Of a DNA stretch of 64,000 bases, positions 30,080 through 41,390 are shown piece by piece. The notes beneath the pieces were generated by a model. The model made no database searches and had not been told where the DNA came from. It worked only from the letters and a program-made list of their open reading frames with translations. Both the position numbers and the translations under genes were made by a program. The DNA comes from Candidatus Dojkabacteria bacterium. GTDB lineage: Bacteria > Patescibacteriota > Dojkabacteria > J137. Where the stretch lies: contig AP024679.1 of NCBI GenBank assembly GCA_025999215.1, positions 229,645 through 293,644 of the forward strand, read 5' to 3'. Position 1 is the first letter of the stretch; every line of letters starts with the position of its first letter.

Positions 30080-32111
30080 TTAATAAATTACAAGACCTAC
30101 GCGACCAAGTCTAGACCAATAATAATCAAATAGCGAGGCTTGTATCCAAATTTTCCCGTACCATGGATCATTGAGAAAAATATGTGTTGGATTGTCGCTT
30201 GATCCTCTAAAACCAGTTACTACGCCTCCATGTTGACCATTGATTCCTACTACATAAGTTCCATCTTGAGCAACCCAATTCTTGTCATAATTTGCGCTTT
30301 CACCATTGTATCTCCAAATAATTACTGGATGCCCTTGTTCTACAGCTTTTGCAAGTCCACTCAAATTCCAACCCTTGTAAAGTTCTGTTTGAATTCCTCT
30401 GTTTGTAAACAGCTTTTGGATTGGATCCCAATAAACTCCATAACCCCATGAACCATCATAATTACCTACATATTCTTTATACGGATTTCCTAACCAATGG
30501 CCATTTTGATAACCATCGTTATAACCCATTTCGGCAATTAGGCTTATAATTCCCACATTGTAACCTTTCCACGCTAATGCCATTCTTGCAGCATAAACAT
30601 TACATGAAAAGGATGGTGGTGATTGAGGCTGAAAATATTGAGGCATTTGTATAATGATTTGATTAGATCTTACAGTAAATGTAGAAGAAAATTCCTCCGT
30701 ATTTGGAAGTCCGTAAATTGATTCAATTCCAGTATTGATTTTTACAGTGTATGTGGTGCTAAAATTTAATTTGTTAGGCCTAAAAATCATTGTGAAATCA
30801 TTTTCCCATTCAAATGATCCACTAACATTTGGTGTAATTGAAAATTTACTCTGGGCAGATTCTCTAGATACAGCTTGATCAAAAGTAACTTTAATTATTG
30901 AATTTTCATTAACATTGGATGAGTTATTTTGGGGTTCTACGGATTTAACAATTATCGGACCAATGGTTTTAAACTCATAAGTTATATCTTTTGTAGAAAT
31001 TCCACCACTTTTGCTTAAAACTCCTTGCTTCAAGGTAACTTTAAAAGATGTATCTTTGGGTAGAGGATCCGTTGGCGTAATTTTTAGTAGATCAAGACGC
31101 TCGTTCCATTCGTAATCAAAGTTTATTGTAGGAGTTATATCTAATTTTTCTAAAACAGATTCAGAGTTCATGGGCACTTCAAATCGAATTAAGATATCAG
31201 TATCTTGAAGTGCTCCTGTACCTGTTGGACTAAAGCTTTTAATTAGAGGTTCTCTTTTTGTATAAAAAGCTATACGAGCAGCATCTTCAAAATTGGTGGT
31301 TTCCAAAATTTCTCCAGTTTTAAAGTTTTTCTTTAAACTTCTTACCTGCATTTTGAAAACATACTTTTGGCTTTGTTGTAAATCCTCTTCAAAATTGACT
31401 AAAATTTGGGTTGGTGATGTTTCTTGAATTGTAAATTTAATTTCAGGTTCAATGGAATATGAAAACTCGGCATAACCTGTGTTTGGTTTATTGAAATTTA
31501 ACTCTAAGTCTGTATCAATCGGCACTTCAATATCTCCATTAAATGGTGTAGAGTAAGTAAGCATAGGTAAATTAGGAGAATCAAAAACGAAACCATACTC
31601 ATGATTTTCATTTTTTAGAGGTCTTGAGATACCTGTAATGTAGATAACTATTCTTTGATCATTAAAAGTAGACTGTTCTGGATAGAAATATCCAATCTTG
31701 GTCAATGAAGGAATCCCCAAAAAATCCTTCCATACCCAATAACCTTGTATATTTGGATTAATGCTAGGGTCTAGTTTATCTTTTTTGTACAGGTGTATTA
31801 AATTCAACTACAATTGGTTGATCATAATTATCCCATTTTGTTTCGGTATCAGGGTATGTATAAATTATTTTCGGCGGAGTTTTTTCTAAACTCCAAAAAA
31901 TAGAAAAAGCGATTAAAGTTAATATTAGCAAGTTTAAACCTAGGGATATGAAAATTATTTTTTTGAAATTTTTTTGGTTACGTTTAATTATAAAAAAAAC
32001 TAAACCTACCAGATCAACGGTAAATAAAAAAAACACAAAAAAAATACTTATTTTAAAAACATTTTCAAAATTATTCATTAATCTCCATTGTAAAAAGTAT
32101 CTCGTGGCCAC
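30080..32111 (-). CDS. large secreted/cell-surface protein with Ig-like repeats and a C-terminal papain/C39-like cysteine-peptidase-like domain; the N-terminus is split off by an apparent frameshift near 31790
   Basis: ORF 31776..32111 encodes a signal/TM segment and the start of an Ig-like domain, and 30080..31807 continues it. The C-terminal region (CNVYAARMALAWKGYNV ... HGGVVTGF) looks like a Cys/His peptidase core. Confidence 0.4.
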
Positions 32112-32124
32112 TGAGCATAGATTT

Positions 32125-33236
32125 CTTCAAGAGTTGCAAAAACTACTGGGCCGTTATCATCATCAAACTTAAACTGACTAATGTATGAAAACAAACCTCT
32201 AATTTTTGGCTCGTCCACTTGCTGATACCAGTGTGGGTGAGTTAGGTAAGTTACCACTTGAGGACGACTTAGAGTAAGAGTTTTTACTTGGGTAATTTAA
32301 ATCAAACCTTCTTCTGAGCTCTGCTTCTCCATACCAGTAACTATCAGCTCCGTTGTTTGGAAATTCCCAAATTTGCTAACCTTTCTCCTTCCCAAGAGTT
32401 GATATCATTTACGCTCGGTAGATAAGGATATGTAGTTTCAGTCAAGTTCCATGGAGAAATTAAATAATTAGGGTTGGTTTGACTAATTGATCCGCCAGTT
32501 CGCCCAGTGGTATCAATTAAAAATCCCGCATTTTGAGCGGCTTTCAAAACATTTACTCCAGACATCCAAGCACCTGTTCTGTAACTAATAGGTAATCCCA
32601 AACCATTACCAGATAATTTTTCTCTTCCCCAACGGAAAACTTTTGTTAATTCTTCTTCTGTGTAAATATATGTGAACGCATCACCATACATTGCGGCTTT
32701 TGCCTGCTTGATATCTAGGTTGAACACCTGCTTCTTGTACCATGTCAGGAAACATATGGATGTGCATCCCTATCTCTTCATATTTATTTTTTTGTCTCTC
32801 TCTTACCCATGAAGTCAGAGTATTGAGCTCTATCTTGTGAAATAGGTTTGTATGAATATTGGTTTTGTACATAAATTCTTGGGTTAAACAAATGCACCAT
32901 TGGCATACCATAACTATCAGCAGTATTTGCCATAGCATTTAGATTATTTTCACTTACATCAAACCCTTCCCAGTCTTGCGTCCAAGTTACGTATAGTGGG
33001 TAGGTGATGTAAAATTCCACAGCTTTGCTTCTTACTACTTTAAGGTTTTCGCCTGGTTCCGTGATATTAGCTTGAATAGTATAAACTCCTGGATCAAGGT
33101 CAGAGACAACAACTTTGGCAGAATATTTTTTATCTGAAACCTTGTCCATTCTTCCAAATTTATCTGTGCCTAGGATTGAGTAGGTAACGATAGGACTAGC
33201 GCTTATCGTGTCCGATATAGTTTCTGCTTCAAACAC
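32125..33236 (-). pseudogene. fragmented gene of unknown function (secreted hydrolase-like), spread over at least three frames
   Basis: ORFs 32784..33236, 32681..32938 and 32344..32727, plus the region below them, overlap in different frames and look like one continuous protein. It is either decayed or hit by several homopolymer errors. Confidence 0.35.
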
Positions 33237-33301
33237 TAGCGATGCTGCCTGAAAAGCGGTTTCTTTTTTCCTTAAGTACCATTTTTTGTTTGTTCTGCCA
33301 G

Positions 33302-35068
33302 TTACGCTGTGAGTTCTTTCATCTGAGTACAGCTAATTCCTTGTGATAGGGTTGAATTTGGTCTTAGCTCTGGTTGTGGGTGATCTTCGTGTTTTTTCCC
33401 ATAGTAGATGAAATATGTATCAACTTCTTCATTGCTTGTAATGAGTTTTTCTGTTTGAAAAATTAGCTTTGTATTTTCTGAATTTGGGTTTTCAATAAAA
33501 AATGGCAGTTCTTTAAAAGCTCCTAAATTTTCATCGTAAAACACAACTCTAATGTCCTTTCCATTGCTATCTAAAGATTTCCCTTCTCTTACAGCTCTTG
33601 CGTGATCGAAACTTACCTCAATCCAAGTTTTTTCTGGAATTGTATTTTGAGGTTTGATTATTATTTGCCTGAAAGCGTTGTACTGATGATCCCACCAAAA
33701 TGGCCATTCTTCTTCTCTGATTAACCTTTTCTTGAACTGAACATTGCTTGTAGTTTCTGCCGAGCCACTTGCGAGTACATCTTTGTAAAAGTTGGCTCCA
33801 GCAATTACAAGTACAGTGATAATCGCAAATGAGGATAAAGCTCTCTCTGTTAATCCCCACCAAATTACTTCTGTTTCGGTATTTTCTAGGCTCCAAGCTT
33901 TAAATTGATTTTTGCTGTTTGTAAAAATTATGCACAAAAGTAAAACAAAAAGGTAAAACAAAATGATTGAAAAAGTCCCATCAAATTGCATGCCCACATC
34001 GCCGCTTACTGAGTCATCCATTGTTAAATAGCGAAATCCGAAAATTATAGTAAGATGTAGAAAAAACATTTCTAATGGATTGGATCCCATAAAGTGAATT
34101 GCAGCTTTAATTAGCCCTGGTAAAAAGTTTTTAAATAGAATTAAAAACAATAGCGAAGCAAAAGCTATGAACATACTCAAACTCAAAAATCCAAAAGATG
34201 GAGGAAATCTTCCGGGCAAGCTGGAATCGAATCCTACTTCAAAAAGTTTTATTTCTGTTTGTTCAAAAGTTATGAAAGAAAGAGTAGTTAGTATACTAAA
34301 TATAATTGTCCAGGTTATTACAATTTTATATTTTTGAAAATCTGTTTCTAATGATAACCACAATCGTGCAAATAGCATTCCTAGTAAATAAATACTTAGG
34401 TATTGAAAAATAGGAAAAGTGTGTAGGTAAGTATCTGGGTTAGAAGGATTGATGCTTCCTGCAATTAGAGCTTTAATAGCAACTAAACCTAAACTGTCAA
34501 AATTTACTCCGCTAAGTAAATATCCCAAAACAAAAAGTGCACAGCTAACAACCAAACCAAAAAAAGATTTTTCTACCAAAAATTTAAATACTGGCCGCAA
34601 AAATACAACTAACAAACCAAATATCACAAATGCCAATAGAAATTCTGTGTATTCAGGAACGGTTATAAAAAAAATTATTCTTGGCAATCCGTTGGTGATA
34701 TTTTCCAAATCTAGCGTATTGGGAATTGATGTCCCAGTGTTTCCCAAAACCAAAACAGAAGCTATGGCTAGTATGTAATAAATGCCAAGAAGTTGAATAT
34801 TTCTAACAAAAAATCTCAATTTTCTCTCAGGAAGCACAGGGTCATCATTGGTATATTTAATTAAACCAAAGTATGCTCCAAATCCAGAAATAAAAAGAAA
34901 CATAGTGAATGAAGCAATGCCACCTATAATTGATATGTTATTGATAAAGTTATTTCTACCAACATAGGTAAGCCCAACCACATGAGTAAAAATCATTAAC
35001 GCAACGGCTAAACCTCTGAAGTAATCTATTAATACTTCGCGTTTTGTGGTCTTTGGTGTTAAATTCAT
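33302..35068 (-). CDS. acyltransferase-3 family membrane protein (OatA-like O-acyltransferase) with a C-terminal extracytoplasmic domain
   Basis: N-terminus IDYFRGLAVALMIFTHV and about 10 TM helices, then a soluble C-terminal region of about 200 aa. Confidence 0.5.
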   Translation of the reverse strand: MNLTPKTTKREVLIDYFRGLAVALMIFTHVVGLTYVGRNNFINNISIIGGIASFTMFLFISGFGAYFGLIKYTNDDPVLPERKLRFFVRNIQLLGIYYILAIASVLVLGNTGTSIPNTLDLENITNGLPRIIFFITVPEYTEFLLAFVIFGLLVVFLRPVFKFLVEKSFFGLVVSCALFVLGYLLSGVNFDSLGLVAIKALIAGSINPSNPDTYLHTFPIFQYLSIYLLGMLFARLWLSLETDFQKYKIVITWTIIFSILTTLSFITFEQTEIKLFEVGFDSSLPGRFPPSFGFLSLSMFIAFASLLFLILFKNFLPGLIKAAIHFMGSNPLEMFFLHLTIIFGFRYLTMDDSVSGDVGMQFDGTFSIILFYLFVLLLCIIFTNSKNQFKAWSLENTETEVIWWGLTERALSSFAIITVLVIAGANFYKDVLASGSAETTSNVQFKKRLIREEEWPFWWDHQYNAFRQIIIKPQNTIPEKTWIEVSFDHARAVREGKSLDSNGKDIRVVFYDENLGAFKELPFFIENPNSENTKLIFQTEKLITSNEEVDTYFIYYGKKHEDHPQPELRPNSTLSQGISCTQMKELTA

Positions 35069-35298
35069 TTGAGTGATGTTAATTTTAGCTAAATTTTATC
35101 AAAAACTAAATAATTATAACATTTTAGTTTTAATTAAAATTTTTCACAAGCACAAAAATTATTATGGATTAATAAAATAACTGTTAAAAATATAACAGAA
35201 AGCAAAAATAATGAACAAAATATTGAAAAATTTTTAAAAAGCGACTTCATAGTGTAAAATCAAAACAATTTTCATTTTGAAATTTTAATTATTAAGAA

Positions 35299-36234
35299 TT
35301 GTTTATGCCTAATTTTGATAATGTCTCACCAATGTCTTCAGAAAGTGAAACTAAAAGTGAGATAGAACAAATACTAATTAGTGAAGAGCTGTTAATAAAA
35401 CATGCTGTAAGGTGTGAAAATGAGGACGGCCAAGTCGTGTATTATGCTTATGGAAAAAACTTAAAAAGGTTGCTTTCAGAAGCAGGCCTAATTGACAACG
35501 TTGCTTCGACTGTTGCGCGATTGACGGGTGGCAGCGATTTTGACGGAAATATTTTTCAACCAAGTTTGCCAAATTTGCTTCCTCAAAATGCGCAAAATAT
35601 CAAAGATCAAATAAATAAAAATTTATCTATTATGACTTTTGTGCCTAGTGAAGATGAAGAGTATTACTTTTGTAGACACTTTGCAACACTTTATGAATAT
35701 GAATTGCCTGAAAATCCAGCAACATCAATGGCTGAACTTGGAACAGTTGTAACCTTATATGGCGATTATTCTAGAGATGTAGCAGGCAGGTCACAAACAA
35801 AATACCCAAAAGCTGCCCATTTGTTGTATCAGGGAGCTGTTAACATGGCTACAGAACAACGTATAGTCTTAGTAGAAACAACCACTGCTCTTGTGCCCAT
35901 CTTTCTTGCTGCAAAAGCTGGGTTTAAATTTGTTACAAGAGAACAGTTAGCCGAAATAATGGAGGGCATGGATATTGTTTTAAGAGAAGTATGTGTGTGC
36001 CCGAAAAGCAAAACTGGTAGTAATAAAGATAACAATGATTGCAGATGTGCGGAAGTGTATAATAACATACTAAAAGGTCATACAATAAGTAATGGATACC
36101 CACCTTGCGCGATTAGAGTATATGTACCTGAAGAGCATCATCTAAGACCATGGTTTAATAATATTATATCGCCTAGTATTACAGCAGAGCGTTACCCTAG
36201 TATATACCAGAAAGTAGTTACTCAAGAGCATTAA
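35299..36234 (+). CDS. hypothetical protein with a Cys-rich C-terminus and atypical (GC-richer) composition
   Basis: 311 aa. It contains CVCPKS...DCRCAEV...PPCAIRV. Its local GC content and codon usage are visibly higher than in the neighbouring genes. Confidence 0.4.
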   Translation: MFMPNFDNVSPMSSESETKSEIEQILISEELLIKHAVRCENEDGQVVYYAYGKNLKRLLSEAGLIDNVASTVARLTGGSDFDGNIFQPSLPNLLPQNAQNIKDQINKNLSIMTFVPSEDEEYYFCRHFATLYEYELPENPATSMAELGTVVTLYGDYSRDVAGRSQTKYPKAAHLLYQGAVNMATEQRIVLVETTTALVPIFLAAKAGFKFVTREQLAEIMEGMDIVLREVCVCPKSKTGSNKDNNDCRCAEVYNNILKGHTISNGYPPCAIRVYVPEEHHLRPWFNNIISPSITAERYPSIYQKVVTQEH

Positions 36235-36250
36235 ATATTTTAAATTTTAA

Positions 36251-37327
36251 ATGTGTAATATGGAGTTAATTGAGTTATTTAAAAAACTTGCGGAGATTGA
36301 TTCAGTCTCAGGTGAAGAAAAAGAACTTTCAAATTTTGTTTTAAATCATTTAAAAAAACTAGGTTTGAATCCCGTACAAGATGAAAATTTTATGATTTAT
36401 TGCCGTACTGGTGAGTCATCATTCCCTAAACTTTTTTGCGCACATCTTGACACTGTTGAGCCAGGTAGAGGAGTTAAAATTATTGAAAAGGATGGTTATT
36501 TAGTATCTCAAGGTAAAACAATTATTGGTGGAGACAATAAAGTAAGTTTGGCGGCAGTTCTTTACACAGTTGAAAAATTATTAAAAGAAGGCAAGAGCTT
36601 TGATGTGGAGCTAGTATTTAGTGTAAGAGAAGAAACAGATTCAGGAATTAAAGACATTGATAAATCGTTAATACAATCTAAGGTAGGTTTTATATTTGAT
36701 TTGGGCGGGGTTGATAACTTTCAAGATGTAGTAACTCAAGCACCTACAATTTGGGATTTTAAAATTGAAATTATTGGTAAATCATCTCACGGATCTCGAC
36801 CTGAAGATGGAGTGAATGCCTTAAATGGGCTTATAGAATTTAAAGATAGAATAAAATTTGGAAGATTGGATGAAAAGAGTACCTTTAATGTTGGGCTCAT
36901 AAATGGAGGAGATGCAACAAACACTGTTCCAGGGCATATTAGCTTAGCAGGAGACTTAAGAAGCACTGATCATGAGACTTTTGAAATGCATAAAGAAAGT
37001 TTAGAAAATAGTTTGAAACAAATTGAAAAAGAAACGGGTTTACATATTAAACTAGAATGGATACCTTATGCTTTTGGCTATAATTTAGATACTTCTTCAC
37101 ATAATTTCAAAAAACTATCACAAATTTATTTGGATGAATTTGATATTAAGCTTGAACATAAGGCTGTTACGTCTGGTAGTGATGCAGGATTTTTAAACTA
37201 CATGGGTGTAGAAACATTTTGCTTAGGGTATTGCGTTGAAAACTCTCACTCTGTTAACGAAAGAATAAAGATTGATAATTTTTATAAACTTCAAAAAATT
37301 GTTAATACTTTGATGGTTAAGTTTTGA
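36251..37327 (+). CDS. M20-family metallopeptidase (PepT/DapE-like)
   Basis: CAHLDTV and GGDNK metal-binding motifs. Confidence 0.7.
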   Translation: MCNMELIELFKKLAEIDSVSGEEKELSNFVLNHLKKLGLNPVQDENFMIYCRTGESSFPKLFCAHLDTVEPGRGVKIIEKDGYLVSQGKTIIGGDNKVSLAAVLYTVEKLLKEGKSFDVELVFSVREETDSGIKDIDKSLIQSKVGFIFDLGGVDNFQDVVTQAPTIWDFKIEIIGKSSHGSRPEDGVNALNGLIEFKDRIKFGRLDEKSTFNVGLINGGDATNTVPGHISLAGDLRSTDHETFEMHKESLENSLKQIEKETGLHIKLEWIPYAFGYNLDTSSHNFKKLSQIYLDEFDIKLEHKAVTSGSDAGFLNYMGVETFCLGYCVENSHSVNERIKIDNFYKLQKIVNTLMVKF

Positions 37328-37352
37328 TACTTTTTTGTGGTAAAATTTCACT

Positions 37353-38243
37353 GTGGAGTTATTTTTAGATTTCAAAACTATAACGCTAGGAATAGTGGTA
37401 GAAGCCTTGCCTTTCTTGTTGATTGGTGTATTGGTTTCGGTTGCGGTTGATCTTTTTTTAAAACCTGAATGGATTTTTAAATTAATTCCCAAAAACCGCT
37501 ATATTTCTCATTTTTTTGTATCCACGCTAGGAATTTTTATGCCGGTATGTGAATGTGGTAATGTGCCTGTTGCTAGAAGGTTACTTATGTATAACTTAAA
37601 TGTATCTCACGTGATTACCTTTTTGCTTGCAGCGCCAATCATAAATCCAATTACTTTGTGGTCAACTTTGGAAGCTTTTGGTTTTGATCAAAATGTGGCA
37701 ATTTTTAGGTTAATTGGTGCTTTGGTAATAGCGTGTACCGTTGGAATAATTTTGAGTTTTTATAGTAATCAGGAAAATTTTTTAACTAAAAAAATGAAGG
37801 AAGACATTGAAAATTGCCACATACATTCTCATGATGAAAATCGAATTAATAGAGCATTAGATGTATTTGAAAAAGAATTTTTGAGTACTTTCAAATTGTT
37901 GATAATTGGTTCAGCAATTGCTGGTTTTACTCAAACGGTTGTACCTCGAGAAATATTAGAAAATTTAGGTTCTTCGCCTGTTTTGTCTGTGGTTGCTATG
38001 ATGTTACTTGCTTTTGTGGTTTCTATTTGCGCTAATATTGACGCATTTTTTGCGCTTGCTTATGCCAACACTTTTACTTTGGGATCACTTTTGAGTTTTA
38101 TGATATTTGGACCAATGATTGATATGAAAATGCTTGCCATGCTCAAAAATACTTTTAATTTTAAATTACTTTTGATGGTAACAATTTTTGTTGCAACTTA
38201 TAGTTTTTTAATTGGTTTATTAATTAATAATTTTTATGTATAA
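37353..38243 (+). CDS. membrane permease (two-component membrane permease family, first partner)
   Basis: Polytopic membrane protein; the next gene overlaps it and is a DUF1980-like partner. Confidence 0.45.
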   Translation: MELFLDFKTITLGIVVEALPFLLIGVLVSVAVDLFLKPEWIFKLIPKNRYISHFFVSTLGIFMPVCECGNVPVARRLLMYNLNVSHVITFLLAAPIINPITLWSTLEAFGFDQNVAIFRLIGALVIACTVGIILSFYSNQENFLTKKMKEDIENCHIHSHDENRINRALDVFEKEFLSTFKLLIIGSAIAGFTQTVVPREILENLGSSPVLSVVAMMLLAFVVSICANIDAFFALAYANTFTLGSLLSFMIFGPMIDMKMLAMLKNTFNFKLLLMVTIFVATYSFLIGLLINNFYV

Positions 38244-38943
38244 GTTAGCTAACTTTTTAATTATTTTTTTGATCGGAGTTTATTCAAGCTTTTTGATTAA
38301 TTCTGGAAACATCGGGTTGTATATTAATCCTAGATATTTTCAACTCTCTGAGTTTGCAAGCATTGTTTGTTTATTTGTTGGTGCACTTGGTTTAATTTAT
38401 CATTTGAAAAATTTTCAATTTAGAATTAGGTTTAGTTTGAAAGAATTTAAAAACATTTTTAACAGCTATTTTTTCGTTATAATTTTTTTCGTATTTGCAT
38501 TTGGATTTGCGCCTAAAACACTTTCATCTAATATTGCTTCTAGCAGATCAACTGAAAATGGATTTTTTCAAGAAAATTTCGATAGCATATTCGATACATT
38601 CAAAAAAACTGATGAGTCTTTTAATATAAACGATTGGGTAAGTGAAATAGCAAAATCAGGAGACATTTATTCTTTTGAGGGTAGAAAAGTTGATGTAGTG
38701 GGTTTTGTATTTCGAGACAACACTAAAAGCGATGAATTTAGAGTTGGAAGATTTATAATTAGGTGTTGTATTGTGGATGCCACACCAATTAGTTTGCTTG
38801 TGAAATCTGATAAAGCTCAAAACTTTGAAGATAATTCATGGGTGAGAGTTAGGGGGACTTTTATAGTTGAAGATGAAATTTTAAAGGTACAAGCAGGTGA
38901 GATAGAAAAAGTAGAGAAGCCAGATTCACCTTATTATTATTAA
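38236..38943 (+). CDS. DUF1980/TIGR03943-like membrane protein (permease partner)
   Basis: N-terminal TM helices and a C-terminal RCCIVDATPISLLV-type domain. Confidence 0.4.
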   Translation: MYKLANFLIIFLIGVYSSFLINSGNIGLYINPRYFQLSEFASIVCLFVGALGLIYHLKNFQFRIRFSLKEFKNIFNSYFFVIIFFVFAFGFAPKTLSSNIASSRSTENGFFQENFDSIFDTFKKTDESFNINDWVSEIAKSGDIYSFEGRKVDVVGFVFRDNTKSDEFRVGRFIIRCCIVDATPISLLVKSDKAQNFEDNSWVRVRGTFIVEDEILKVQAGEIEKVEKPDSPYYY

Positions 38944-38946
38944 AAT

Positions 38947-40353
38947 ATGTATAACATATCTAACTTAGCTAAAAAACACAAATTCAATCTAATTTATGGG
39001 GTAAGCCTGTTTATTGCTTTTTCTGCAAGTATCTTGTTAGGTGTAAATATTGAAAATCAAACTCCAAAAGTTTTGGAGCTTTTTCAAATTAATGGCGATA
39101 TTGACAATGCGGAAATAGAAAATCAAAAATTAGTTTTTAAAACCAATAGATTAATTGATAAAAATACTCTTAACGCAATCAAGGTTGAACCAGCAGCAAA
39201 GTTTGGAGTAACATCATACGAAAACAAATTAAACATTAATTTTACAGAGCCATTAAAATCTAATCAGGTTTATGCCATAACTTTTGGCGAAGGTTTGCTT
39301 GATGTTTATGGAAATAGCTTTGAAGAAAAATCATTTGAGTTTAAAACTAAAAAACTTCAGCTTGCATTTATGGACCTTGATAGAAAGAAAATCAAAAAAA
39401 CAGATGTAGAGCTTACTAATTTTGAAACTTTGTTTGAAAGCGAGTATGAAATTAAGCGATTTATTGCGCGTGATGCAGGTTTAATTGTTCAAGCAGAAAG
39501 TGGTATTGGAAGTAGTATTTTCTTAGTTTCAGAGAATAATAAAATCAAAGTCGAGTTAAATCAAAAATTAGTGAACGCAATCACTGCTTCAGATAATTTT
39601 GAAAAAGTTTTTTTTGTGGCTGGAGATGCGAACTTCATTGATGGCCAAATTTATCCGACAGGTCTAAACTCCCTTTATGAGCTTGACTTTAAAACTGGAA
39701 TTTATAGAGAAGTACCGCTAGAAAAAAGTGTTTTTTGGGAAGTAGTTGATGCGCAAATTGTGCCTGATGGGTCAGCTATTTTAATTAAAAATTTTGAATC
39801 TAATTTTTTTCTTGTTAGTACTTCAAATTACAGTGATTACATTAACCTTGGTAAATATTTGGATGTAACTGATTTTAACCAGGTAGCCAAAAAATATCTT
39901 GCTGTAGAATCACCATTTGGGGCGAGCTTTGCAAATTTTCCTTACATAACCATAATTGACTCTAATTCTAACAAAACGGCAATAACCGATGGTGATGTGT
40001 ATGTTTTGGATCCTAAGTTTTGGGGAGCTGATTCTATAGTTTATTCAAGTAGAGTTGCTGAAACGGATTATTCGAGAGGGCTTTTTGGTATAAGTATTTT
40101 AAATTTGCAAAATAATGAAATAAAAGAGTTAATTAAAATTAACGATAAAAGTGTGGAATTGCCAATAGTAAGCCCTGATTTAAGATATATCGCAGTAGAA
40201 ATTTATAATAAGGATGATTTAAATAGCTTTGAAGGACTAAGAAATAAAGGCTTTCAGTCAAAGCCGGGAATAGCAGAAATTGGAATAATTGATATGGAAA
40301 ATAATCTTTTGATAAGTAAAGGGGTAGAGGGTATTGAAGCTCAATGGATGTAA
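38947..40353 (+). CDS. hypothetical membrane-anchored extracytoplasmic protein (Ig-like plus beta-propeller-like)
   Basis: N-terminal TM segment; no catalytic motif. Confidence 0.35.
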   Translation: MYNISNLAKKHKFNLIYGVSLFIAFSASILLGVNIENQTPKVLELFQINGDIDNAEIENQKLVFKTNRLIDKNTLNAIKVEPAAKFGVTSYENKLNINFTEPLKSNQVYAITFGEGLLDVYGNSFEEKSFEFKTKKLQLAFMDLDRKKIKKTDVELTNFETLFESEYEIKRFIARDAGLIVQAESGIGSSIFLVSENNKIKVELNQKLVNAITASDNFEKVFFVAGDANFIDGQIYPTGLNSLYELDFKTGIYREVPLEKSVFWEVVDAQIVPDGSAILIKNFESNFFLVSTSNYSDYINLGKYLDVTDFNQVAKKYLAVESPFGASFANFPYITIIDSNSNKTAITDGDVYVLDPKFWGADSIVYSSRVAETDYSRGLFGISILNLQNNEIKELIKINDKSVELPIVSPDLRYIAVEIYNKDDLNSFEGLRNKGFQSKPGIAEIGIIDMENNLLISKGVEGIEAQWM

Positions 40354-40579
40354 ATTTTTCAAAAAATATTTACTTAGCTAATCATATTTGGTATAAAGCA
40401 CTAGTTAAAAGGTTTACGTAAAGTGCAATTAGATTGTAGCATCAAAACATACATTAGCTATACTATACAAACTTTTACACACTTCTCTCTAAAATTTATA
40501 CTTAAAAAATATCTCAGAAAATTCCTTTGTAAGGTAATAAACTTCAAAGTATTTATTTATTATGAAAAATTAGTAAATT

Positions 40580-41035
40580 TTGAAACCTGAAAATGTATAC
40601 AACGTAACTAAATGGATAGTGTCGATTGCTGGAATAGTTATTTTGGGTTCGTTTGCTTTCTCTAAAGCCTCTAGGAAAGCTATTTGGGAAAGAGCGAAGG
40701 GAGTTTCAGAATTATCTGGAGAAAGAACTAGAAGAATGGAGTGCGCTCATTTAGATCATGATCAAACAAAAAATTATTATGACGACCCAAACAATGGATT
40801 GTTAGTTACAATTTTTGAACACCACGCTCATCATCTGTTTTTTGAAGGTCGAGCTTTTTTGATAGGTTTGAGTGAAGAAGCAAATGAAGTGGCAATACAA
40901 AAAACTTGGGACAGAATTTTTGAATTTGAAAAAAATATTTCCGAAGAAGAAGCTGAAATGAAAGTTCAAGAAGCGATAATAAGATGGGCTAATTATTACA
41001 GAGTCCGTTTTGTTAGGAGTTGCGAAGAAGCATAA
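40580..41035 (+). CDS. small membrane-anchored protein with a His-rich, HNH-like motif
   Basis: ECAHLDHD...N...HHAHH. It lies directly upstream of the type II array. Confidence 0.3.
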   Translation: MKPENVYNVTKWIVSIAGIVILGSFAFSKASRKAIWERAKGVSELSGERTRRMECAHLDHDQTKNYYDDPNNGLLVTIFEHHAHHLFFEGRAFLIGLSEEANEVAIQKTWDRIFEFEKNISEEEAEMKVQEAIIRWANYYRVRFVRSCEEA

Positions 41036-41104
41036 ATATTTGTAGTTGGAGTTTAGTTTTTTGGGATTAAGGATTAAATTTGAAAAACGGTAAAAACGGT
41101 AAGA

Positions 41105-41273
41105 GTCTTTATTCCCTTCTAATTCCCGATAGTGTATAATAGCGATAGCGATGCCATTATACACAAAACAGTCTTTATTCCCTTCTAATTCCCGATAGTG
41201 TATAATAAACGGAAAAACTAGAAAACTTTACGTTCTGTCTTTATTCCCTTCTAATTCCCGATAGTGTATAATA
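41105..41273. CRISPR. CRISPR array: 3 x 37-nt repeats GTCTTTATTCCCTTCTAATTCCCGATAGTGTATAATA, 2 spacers of 29 nt
   Basis: Repeats at 41105-41141, 41171-41207 and 41237-41273. Spacers at 41142-41170 and 41208-41236. Each repeat ends in TGTATAAT. Confidence 0.85.
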
Positions 41274-41276
41274 ACC

Positions 41277-41390
41277 AAAGGGAATAAAGCCTAATGATAA
41301 AGCAAAATAGAGCTTTTGGCTAAGTAAAAAATTAGAACAAAGTTAGTTGATCGGCCGAGTTTTTGGTTTCTTTTTGAGCAGGTTTGCCAA
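41277..41390 (+). ncRNA. candidate tracrRNA (model A): the anti-repeat AAAGGGAATAAAGCC lies 4 nt after the last repeat; extent unknown
   Basis: 41277-41291 is the reverse complement of repeat positions 3-14, with 12 of 13 matching. The TATAAT of the last repeat (41267-41272) would place a transcription start at about 41279-41281. Confidence 0.3.

Noticed and set aside
33618-34778. ORFs 33618..33896 (-) and 34449..34778 (+)
   Set aside because: They are internal or antisense to the 588-aa acyltransferase-3 membrane protein gene.
41085-41104. Mini tandem repeat AAAACGGTAAAAACGGTAA just before the type II array
   Set aside because: It is a 9-10 nt duplication with no relation to the CRISPR repeat, probably a trivial slippage product.
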